This document shows, piece after piece, positions 24,887 through 31,732 of a stretch of 33,974 nt of DNA; within the stretch, counting starts at the first letter, position 1, and the number at the start of each line of letters is the position of its first letter. A program made the translations under genes and the position numbers. Source of the DNA: Patescibacteria group bacterium (lineage in GTDB: Bacteria; Patescibacteriota; Minisyncoccia; Phycocordibacterales; Phycocordibacteraceae); contig JAZJXK010000011.1 in assembly GCA_040390955.1 (NCBI GenBank), positions 1 through 33,974 on the forward strand, read 5' to 3'. The notes under the pieces were generated by a model, which was not told where the DNA came from, did not search any database, and was given only the letters and a program-made list of their open reading frames with translations.

Positions 24887-25747
24887 ATGAAAGTTCGGTA
24901 TACAATGATAGGTATGAAGTATGGTCGACTCGGCGTCTTTTTGGTGGCGGGTTTCTTGCTCACCTCTCCCCTTTTTGCCCATGCGGACACTGCCCTTTCT
25001 GGCGGATTTCCCTCAGGCGCACTCTGGTTTTCAAAAACCCCCTTAGTTGAAAAAACACCCGTCAAAATTTTTACTCCGGTTTACAACAGCAGTACTGAGA
25101 AAGTAATTGCTGACGCGGTATTCACTCTCGATGGCACCCCACTTGGCACGGCACACTTTGAAATTGCTGGAGGAGAATCTCAAATAGTTTCAATTCTCTG
25201 GACGCCTGTGATTGGCACGCATAAAGTTGCGGCGCACATTGAAAATGCGCATGGCACTGACGGAACAAAACCTATTTCTCTTTCAGAAATCAACACTACT
25301 TTAATCGATATCGATGTTGCGCCAGCACCCCCACAGTCAGCTCTCATTCAAGCGCTCGGTGGCGCTACAACACTTGTAGGCGCCATAACTTCAGTAGCAC
25401 TCCCTGTTGTTGAATCTGCTGCGGGCACGGTATTTAAAGAAACAGAAAGCCTACGACAAGGCGTTGTGGAATCTCTACAAAATTCACTTGGCGTACAAAA
25501 TGATATAGCGCCATCTGAAGGTAAAGTCTTGGGCGCTGAAACATACCGCGCACCAAAGAGTGCACTCACCGCGGCAGCAAGTACAGGTGCCACCTCTTCG
25601 GGGGTGATGCGAATGCTTCAACAGGTTCTTCTTTTTATTGTCAGCTACACATGGATCTTCTATCCCCTACTTTTGATTGTGCTTTTACTCCTTCTCTTCC
25701 TCATTGGAAAAGCAGCAGGAAAAAATCGCTCCCCTAAAAGGGTTTAA
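24887..25747 (+). CDS. Hypothetical secreted or anchored protein (signal peptide plus C-terminal TMS)
   Basis: The track ORF starts at 24707, inside the opposite-strand gene. ATG 24887, preceded by GAGGG, gives MKVRYTMIGMKYGRLGVFLVAGFLLTSPLFAHA. The C-terminus WIFYPLLLIVLLLLLFLIG is a TMS. Confidence 0.65.
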   Translation: MKVRYTMIGMKYGRLGVFLVAGFLLTSPLFAHADTALSGGFPSGALWFSKTPLVEKTPVKIFTPVYNSSTEKVIADAVFTLDGTPLGTAHFEIAGGESQIVSILWTPVIGTHKVAAHIENAHGTDGTKPISLSEINTTLIDIDVAPAPPQSALIQALGGATTLVGAITSVALPVVESAAGTVFKETESLRQGVVESLQNSLGVQNDIAPSEGKVLGAETYRAPKSALTAAASTGATSSGVMRMLQQVLLFIVSYTWIFYPLLLIVLLLLLFLIGKAAGKNRSPKRV

Positions 25748-26558
25748 GAAATATAAGAATGAGTAGTGCGAGTACTACTCTATAGATTGCAAAAACATAG
25801 AGTGGATGTGAGCGCAAAAACTTAAGGAGCGCGTGAATGGCAAGAAGTCCGCTTACAAACGCAATAACGCTTCCCCAAATAAGTGGCGCGCCAATAGCTC
25901 CAAACGCACCCGTGCCTGAAAGTTCCAAAACTTTTTTAAGTCCTGCCCCTGCAATAATAGGAACAGAGAGGAGGAAACCAAACCTGGCTGCAGCTTCACG
26001 AGAGAGTCCTAAAAAGAGGCCACCTGAAATAGTCATACCCGAGCGACTCATACCGGGCACCAGCGCGAGCGCTTGGAAAAACCCTATAGACAACGCTTTC
26101 CATACACCAACTGATTCAACTCCAAGAGCACTATTCTTTTTCTTTGAAACCACGTCAGCAAGGATAAAAATCGCTGATCCTGCAATAAGCGCATAGGCAA
26201 CAAGGTGGGTATTTCGAAAAATAGTATCCATGGCGTGCTCCAAAAGAAGCCCAAAAATAAACGCAGGGATAGTACCTATAATCATGGCAACAAGAAGACG
26301 CTCATCTTCTTTACGCACTGGCCGGCCAGTAATGCGGTAGAGCGCTGTGTAGGCAAGATTGAGTAAGTCTTTGAAGAAATAGACCACCACCGCAAGGATG
26401 GTGCCAAACTGCAAGACGGCGTCTACCGCAAGACTGTTGCCACCAGTAGCGCCAAAAAGCTCGCGCACCACAATAAGGTGACCTGATGAGGAAATCGGGA
26501 GAAATTCAGTAATGCCCTCGACGAGTCCTAAAATGCTAAAAAGTATCCAATCGTGCAT
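25734..26558 (-). CDS. uppP: Undecaprenyl-diphosphate phosphatase
   Basis: LGLVEGITEFLPISSSGH and PGMSRSGMTISGG are present. I prefer ATG 26558 (MHDWILF) to 26576. Confidence 0.9.
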   Translation of the reverse strand: MHDWILFSILGLVEGITEFLPISSSGHLIVVRELFGATGGNSLAVDAVLQFGTILAVVVYFFKDLLNLAYTALYRITGRPVRKEDERLLVAMIIGTIPAFIFGLLLEHAMDTIFRNTHLVAYALIAGSAIFILADVVSKKKNSALGVESVGVWKALSIGFFQALALVPGMSRSGMTISGGLFLGLSREAAARFGFLLSVPIIAGAGLKKVLELSGTGAFGAIGAPLIWGSVIAFVSGLLAIHALLKFLRSHPLYVFAIYRVVLALLILIFLKPF

Positions 26559-26597
26559 GTGGTAATATTCTAACATCTAACACTAATCAAACCTTTC

Positions 26598-27299
26598 ATG
26601 CCACAACAGCAAAACCTCGCCCTCCCTATCGCTATTGTTATTGCAGGAGCACTCATTGGAGGCGCACTCTTTTTTGTAGGACGCTCAGGAACTCCAACCC
26701 CTGACACAAACAAAGCAGCTACAGCGCCAGCACCAAAAGATATTCCAGCCGTTACCGCCGCAGATCACATACAGGGAAGCATGGACGCAAAAATTGTTAT
26801 TGTGGAATATACCGACCTTGAGTGCCCATTCTGCAAACAATTTGACGGCACGATGAAAAAAATTATGGATGAGTACGGTAAAGATGGACGTGTAGCATGG
26901 GTTATCCGCAACTTCCCGCTCCAGCAACTCCATCCAAACGCACCGAAGCTCGCGCTCGGCGCTGAGTGTGCAGCAGCACTTGGTGGTAACACTACCTACT
27001 TCAAATTCCTTGATTCAATCATCCTCCAAGCTCCTATTAATACCTTCTTCGATATGACAAAACTGACCGCAACCGCTGAAGGGGTCGGATTGAAAGGAAA
27101 GGATTTTGATGCATGCGTTGCAAGTGGCACGTATCAAGAAAAAATCACCAAAGAATTTAATGATGCGGTGGCGGCAGGAGGTCAAGGTACACCGTTTTCA
27201 GTTGCTATCGCAAAGAACGGTAAGAAGTACCCAATTCCGGGCTCTCAGCCAATCGAGCAAGTGAAGGCGCTTATAGATTCAATTCTTGCTGGTAAATAA
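26598..27299 (+). CDS. DsbA-like thiol:disulfide oxidoreductase with an N-terminal membrane anchor
   Basis: It has the CPFC active site in a thioredoxin-fold context (VEYTDLECPFCKQF) and an N-terminal TMS. Confidence 0.8.
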   Translation: MPQQQNLALPIAIVIAGALIGGALFFVGRSGTPTPDTNKAATAPAPKDIPAVTAADHIQGSMDAKIVIVEYTDLECPFCKQFDGTMKKIMDEYGKDGRVAWVIRNFPLQQLHPNAPKLALGAECAAALGGNTTYFKFLDSIILQAPINTFFDMTKLTATAEGVGLKGKDFDACVASGTYQEKITKEFNDAVAAGGQGTPFSVAIAKNGKKYPIPGSQPIEQVKALIDSILAGK

Positions 27300-27306
27300 A
27301 AGCAGA

Positions 27307-27341
27307 GTTTAGTGGCTAGCGTTTAGAGTTTAGGTTACAGG
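27307..27341. repeat. Degenerate heptanucleotide tandem array, the same family as 4321-4348
   Basis: The array is GTTTAGT GGCTAGC GTTTAGA GTTTAGG TTACAGG, directly after the dsbA-like stop. Confidence 0.6.
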
Positions 27342-27375
27342 CTCTTAAACGAAGCAATTAAATTTTGTGTCTGAG

Positions 27376-27410
27376 AAAAAACAAACGACCCTATAGGTCG
27401 TTTGTTTTTT
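27376..27410. terminator. Bidirectional rho-independent terminator
   Basis: A perfect 15-bp stem AAAAAACAAACGACC/GGTCGTTTGTTTTTT has a 5-nt loop. Its A and T runs serve both convergent genes. Confidence 0.85.
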
Positions 27411-28241
27411 CTACAATTCGAGGCGGTAAATATCGAACGAATTTTCTCCCTCAAACATGTCCGACGGGTTCGGCAGGTACAATCGCTCACGGGCAATTTC
27501 ATCTGATGCATCCCGAATGAGTCGGTGAAAAACCTCAAACTCCTCTTGGCACTCTTTAAAATCAAGTACGTACCGGCGCATTTGTGATGAGCCATCAGCA
27601 TTTTTTCTTTTTTTACACTCGTACACAATAAAGCGTCGCACCGGCTTCCCAAAAAGCGCACCGACAGTGTAGTAATTAAACATCGCCTGCAAGACAAACA
27701 AGGGTTTATGAGCGCCACTTTTACTAAACGCGTCAACAAATTTATGATCAACAATATCAACCGCCCCCTTTTCAACTTTAGACTCCACTACAAGGTCTGA
27801 AATAGCCTTCACAGGAAGTGGCAGTCCTGGGACTACCGCAACCCCCATCACTTCAACCCCTAACACTTTATGTTTAGGAGGGCGCTCTAAGTAAAACGAC
27901 ACCGCCTGAAGATAATCCTTCTCCATAGATGCGCGTTTTTCCTTTTGTGCACGCTTACTCTTTGCTTTTCCAAACTGCACTTCAAAGTCAGGAATATTCC
28001 GAAGATATTCAAGCCCAAGCGCTACCGATGCTTCTTTTGAAAGTCCACTGTAGAAATGTTGGAGTGCTACGTGCCCGGATCGCCCTATGATGCCAGCGGG
28101 AGTTGAGGGCGTGTCGCGCACATTCTCAACGTATCTTTTGTACCACGCGAGAGGATTGCGTAAGAAAGAAATCAAAGAAGAGTGGCTCCAGTGTTTTATT
28201 GGATATTTCAATTTCTTACTCTTACGAGAGACCTTTTTCAC
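27411..28241 (-). CDS. PD-(D/E)XK nuclease superfamily protein (RecB/Cas4-like fold, no Cys cluster)
   Basis: 276 aa with a GTG start. The N-terminus is WSHSSLISFLRNPLAWYKRYV and a core D...(D/E)xK-like GAVDIVDHKF is present. Confidence 0.65.
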   Translation of the reverse strand: MKKVSRKSKKLKYPIKHWSHSSLISFLRNPLAWYKRYVENVRDTPSTPAGIIGRSGHVALQHFYSGLSKEASVALGLEYLRNIPDFEVQFGKAKSKRAQKEKRASMEKDYLQAVSFYLERPPKHKVLGVEVMGVAVVPGLPLPVKAISDLVVESKVEKGAVDIVDHKFVDAFSKSGAHKPLFVLQAMFNYYTVGALFGKPVRRFIVYECKKRKNADGSSQMRRYVLDFKECQEEFEVFHRLIRDASDEIARERLYLPNPSDMFEGENSFDIYRLEL

Positions 28242-28285
28242 TTACCTAGTATACTTGATCACGTTTTTCGTAAACGCTTTTGATT

Positions 28286-28477
28286 TTAATGACGCTGCAA
28301 ATACTCTCTAAGTTCATGCACACCCCCAGCAGCCATGAGGAAAAGCATGAGTCCAAAAGCGAAACCTCCAACAAAACCACCGAAGCGAAGCGCTCGATCT
28401 TTTAAACTCAAACGCTTTGAAACTTCGATTGCAGTCCCGCGAGGTTTTGCATCGCTTTTTATTACCCCTTCAGTCAT
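28286..28477 (-). CDS. Hypothetical 63-aa membrane protein
   Basis: The first ATG within the TTG-initiated track ORF gives MTEGVIKSD...GGFVGGFAFGLMLFLMAAGG, with one TMS. It lies 30 nt downstream of rpoD. Confidence 0.4.
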   Translation of the reverse strand: MTEGVIKSDAKPRGTAIEVSKRLSLKDRALRFGGFVGGFAFGLMLFLMAAGGVHELREYLQRH

Positions 28478-28507
28478 AGAAAGTTCAGACAAGAACTGAA
28501 GCAAAAC

Positions 28508-29788
28508 TTAGTAACTCCGCAGTCTCTTCGCCTTGCCGTGGGTGCGGATTTTTTCAAGTGCTTTTGCTTCAATTTGGCGAATGCGCTCGCGCGTCACGCC
28601 GAACTCCTGCCCTACCTCTTCAAGAGTGTGGTAAATACCGTCTTCAAGTCCGTGTCGCATCGCAAGAATCTTTCTCTCTTTTGGCGTAAGGTCGCCCAAA
28701 ATCTCGTGGAGCTGTTCAACCAATATGCGGTGCGCAGTTTCCTGATCTGGCGTTGGAAGCGAAGTGTCGGCAACAAAGTCGCCACGAGCTGACGCATCGT
28801 CGTCGTCAGATGAACTAATAGGCGCTTCGAGTGAAAGTGTTTCCTGGTTGATTTGCTCAATTTGATACACCTTCTCAACATCAACACCCATCTCTGCTGA
28901 AATCTCTTCTGGCATTGGATCACGACCCAAATCTTGCTCCAAGCGGCGTACGATTTGTTTGTACTTAGCAATCGTTTCAACCATGTGTACTGGAATACGA
29001 ATGGTGCGAGATTGATCAGCAAGGGCGCGGGTGATTGCTTGGCGAATCCACCATGTGGCATACGTTGAGAATTTATATCCTTTGGTGTAATCAAATTTAT
29101 CGACGGCCTTGAAGAGGCCAAGGTTCCCTTCTTGAATTAAGTCGAGAAGCGAGAGATCAGATGAGCGTGATGCGTATTTTTTTGCAATTGAAACAACGAG
29201 ACGTAGGTTTGCTCGTGCAAGAAGATTTTTTGCTTCATCGTCCCCTTCTGTGATGCGCTTCGCAAGATCACGTTCTTCCTGACCAGTCAAAAGTGGGTAC
29301 TGACCGATTTCACGAAGATACATCTGAATTGAGTCATGTGCTGAACCTTCTCCGCGGTATCCACCACGCATCACTACTTCATCAGGAACCTCTTCGAGCA
29401 TTCCGCCCGACTCCAAAACATCAACACCTGACGTTGAAAGACGCTCATAGAGCTCTTCCAAGAACACAACATTCTCTTCAATGGTTGGAAATTCTTTAAG
29501 AATTTCATTATAGGTAACGTAGCCGCGCTCTTTCCCCTTTCCTACAAGCCGCGTTGCCTTAATCTCAAGAAGTTCACGCTTCTTGCCGGTGAGTGGTTTT
29601 TCAGGTTTTAGTGCTTTTGCCTTAAGAGGTTTTTTAACCGCAACCTTCACTTTTTTAGCGATTTTCTTTGCCGGTGCAGACTTTTTCTTCGTAGCAGGAC
29701 GAGTAGCTTTGCGTAGAGGTGCCTTCTTCCGTAAAGGAGCCTTTGCGGGTTTTTTTGAGCTCTTTTGTTTTTGTTTTTTCTTTGCCAT
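28508..29788 (-). CDS. rpoD: Primary RNA polymerase sigma-70 factor with a Lys/Ala/Pro-rich N-terminal extension
   Basis: Region 2 is [13 protein letters not shown] and region 4 is [24 protein letters not shown]. About 72 basic residues lie at the N-terminus. Confidence 0.9.
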   Translation of the reverse strand: MAKKKQKQKSSKKPAKAPLRKKAPLRKATRPATKKKSAPAKKIAKKVKVAVKKPLKAKALKPEKPLTGKKRELLEIKATRLVGKGKERGYVTYNEILKEFPTIEENVVFLEELYERLSTSGVDVLESGGMLEEVPDEVVMRGGYRGEGSAHDSIQMYLREIGQYPLLTGQEERDLAKRITEGDDEAKNLLARANLRLVVSIAKKYASRSSDLSLLDLIQEGNLGLFKAVDKFDYTKGYKFSTYATWWIRQAITRALADQSRTIRIPVHMVETIAKYKQIVRRLEQDLGRDPMPEEISAEMGVDVEKVYQIEQINQETLSLEAPISSSDDDDASARGDFVADTSLPTPDQETAHRILVEQLHEILGDLTPKERKILAMRHGLEDGIYHTLEEVGQEFGVTRERIRQIEAKALEKIRTHGKAKRLRSY

Positions 29789-29814
29789 ATATACGTAATT
29801 ATTAGACTGTACCG

Positions 29815-31632
29815 TTAGTGGAGTGTGAGCGCAAGCGCGTTCAATTTCTGCATAAGCTCTTCTGTCTTTGTCTCATCATGAGCGGTTTCTGCTCCGCGAA
29901 GCATTGCAAGTGTTTCGCGATATTTATCATGCCGAGCTTCTTTTAAAAGCGCTGCGTATACCTCAATGGCCGCTTCAGCGCGGAGCGCTTCGTCCGCATA
30001 CCCTTCAAGAAAAAAGTCAGCTTCAAAGAGTGCCGCTCTCGTGTCATCTACTTTTTCAGAGAGTGATTTTACCCTCTCTTCTCCAAGCGCCTCGGTGAGA
30101 GCATCTGTTGCCTGACGAGCTCCTTTTTCATCACCGCGCTCGCGGAAAAGGAGCAGAAGGCCAAATACCAGTCGTTCAAGTACATCGCTTCGCGACAAGA
30201 AAGGCTGCGACTGCGTGAGTACCGAGTTCTGAGTTCTGATTTCTGAGTTGGAGCTCTGAACTCTAGACTCAGGACTCTGTACTTTTTTGAGCTCTGCAAT
30301 AATTGCGTCTTCACCGACTTGCAGTACCTCTGCAACGCGTTTTATAAAATGCGCCTGATCAATCTTGTTTGAAATCATCGCAACGTACGGCAAGACCGTA
30401 CGAGACACTTCAAGACGGAAGGTGCGTGGATCGTATTTTGCATCAGCAATATGTGCAAGATAAAAATCAACAACATGGAGCGCCCCCTTCACCGCACTTC
30501 TAAAAACGTCTTTATTTTCAAGAAGAATATCCGCAGGATCACGCTCAGGAGGAAGTTTTACAATCTTCACATCTAAGCCCGCCTGAAGCGCAATGCCTGC
30601 AGCGCGACCTGCAGCAGAAATGCCTGCCCTATCGCCATCGTATGCAATGAGAAGGTTTGGCGTATAGCGCTTAATGATGCCTACGTGCCCTGTCGTAAAC
30701 GCAGTGCCTGAGGTTGCGATGGTGTTTCTATACCCCGCTTGGTGCGCCATGAGAAGGTCAAGTTGTCCTTCAACTAAGAGCGCTGCCCCGAGCTCTCGAA
30801 TGCCTTCACGAGCCTTATCAAGACCATAGAGCGCACGAGACTTATCAAACACCGGGGTTTCTGGAGAGTTGAGGTATTTTGCCTGAGGATGTTTTTCATC
30901 ATCTTCAAAAATTCTCCCTGAAAATCCAATGACTCTTCCAGAAATATCTCGAATCGGGAACATAATGCGTCCACGGAAACGATCATACATTCGCGAGGCG
31001 CTCGCGCCGAGAGTGGCAGGTGGAGTGTTGAGAGTAGAAACAACTTCAGACTTGACTTCATTTTCCACCTTCGATGTTCTACTTTCTACTTTCTCTTGTT
31101 GCTTAATCAATCCAGCACTCTCCGCAATGACATCATCAAATTTTTGTTCTGAAAGATGGTCGCGAAGTTCCTGCCAACCCTTTGGAGCGTACCCGAGAGA
31201 CCACCCCGTTACCGACTCTTGTGTAAGTCCGCGCTTTGTAAGATACGAAAGTGCATCGGGGTGTTTTGTGAGTGTTGCAACAAAAAAAGCATTTGCTGTG
31301 TCGAGTGCTGCAAAAAGTCGGTCACGAAAATCACGGGCGCCAGGTTTCTCGTCTTCAAGAGGAACGCCTGCTTTCTCTGCAAGAATTTTTAAGGAACCAC
31401 GAAAATCAACCCCTTCCATTTCCTGAAGGAATGTGAACATATCCCCTCCCTTTCCAGAGGAGAAACAATGATAGAGACCTCTATCAGGAGAGACAAAAAA
31501 CGAAGGAGTTTTTTCCTTAGTGAAAGGTGAAAGTCCTTTGTAGTACTTCCCTGCACGAGTCAACTTCACGTACGGCTGCACCACTTCCAAAATGGTGAGT
31601 CGCTCCTTAATTTTTTCGACAGTGTCACTCAT
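29815..31632 (-). CDS. dnaG: DNA primase
   Basis: It has an N-terminal zinc-ribbon-homologous segment ([29 protein letters not shown]) and a TOPRIM core ([19 protein letters not shown]). Confidence 0.9.
   Translation of the reverse strand: MSDTVEKIKERLTILEVVQPYVKLTRAGKYYKGLSPFTKEKTPSFFVSPDRGLYHCFSSGKGGDMFTFLQEMEGVDFRGSLKILAEKAGVPLEDEKPGARDFRDRLFAALDTANAFFVATLTKHPDALSYLTKRGLTQESVTGWSLGYAPKGWQELRDHLSEQKFDDVIAESAGLIKQQEKVESRTSKVENEVKSEVVSTLNTPPATLGASASRMYDRFRGRIMFPIRDISGRVIGFSGRIFEDDEKHPQAKYLNSPETPVFDKSRALYGLDKAREGIRELGAALLVEGQLDLLMAHQAGYRNTIATSGTAFTTGHVGIIKRYTPNLLIAYDGDRAGISAAGRAAGIALQAGLDVKIVKLPPERDPADILLENKDVFRSAVKGALHVVDFYLAHIADAKYDPRTFRLEVSRTVLPYVAMISNKIDQAHFIKRVAEVLQVGEDAIIAELKKVQSPESRVQSSNSEIRTQNSVLTQSQPFLSRSDVLERLVFGLLLLFRERGDEKGARQATDALTEALGEERVKSLSEKVDDTRAALFEADFFLEGYADEALRAEAAIEVYAALLKEARHDKYRETLAMLRGAETAHDETKTEELMQKLNALALTLH
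30217..30279. repeat. Nine in-phase heptads (5 direct, then an inverted-type set) inside the dnaG coding sequence
   Basis: The plus strand reads GAGTACC GAGTTCT GAGTTCT GATTTCT GAGTTGG AGCTCTG AACTCTA GACTCAG GACTCTG. The 63 nt encode [21 protein letters not shown] in DnaG. Confidence 0.6.
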
Positions 31633-31642
31633 ATGGAGTAAG

Positions 31643-31726
31643 CAGTTTACAGTGCACAGCTGACAGTAGCGTTAAGAAAAAAATCTTCACTCCGTCCCAC
31701 TGTACACTGTCGACTGTAAACTGTGC
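31643..31726. repeat. Inverted pair of 4-unit heptad arrays in the rpoC-dnaG spacer
   Basis: The left array is CAGTTTA CAGTGCA CAGCTGA CAGTAGC (31643-31670). The right array is ACTGTAC ACTGTCG ACTGTAA ACTGTGC (31699-31726). The arms 31643-31667 and 31699-31723 are complementary at 20/25 positions. Confidence 0.65.
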
Positions 31727-31732
31727 GCCAAC

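Noticed and set aside
23903-25050. ORFs 23903..24358 (+), 24105..24404 (-), 24376..24645 (+) and the 24707-24886 extension of the 24707..25747 ORF
   Set aside because: All are embedded in or antisense to the large surface-protein gene. The extension overlaps that gene and lacks a signal peptide. The ATG at 24887 has an SD-like GAGGG and yields a signal peptide.
27335-27775. ORF 27335..27775 (-)
   Set aside because: It is an alternative frame overlapping the PD-(D/E)XK nuclease gene, and it runs through the strong bidirectional terminator at 27376-27410.
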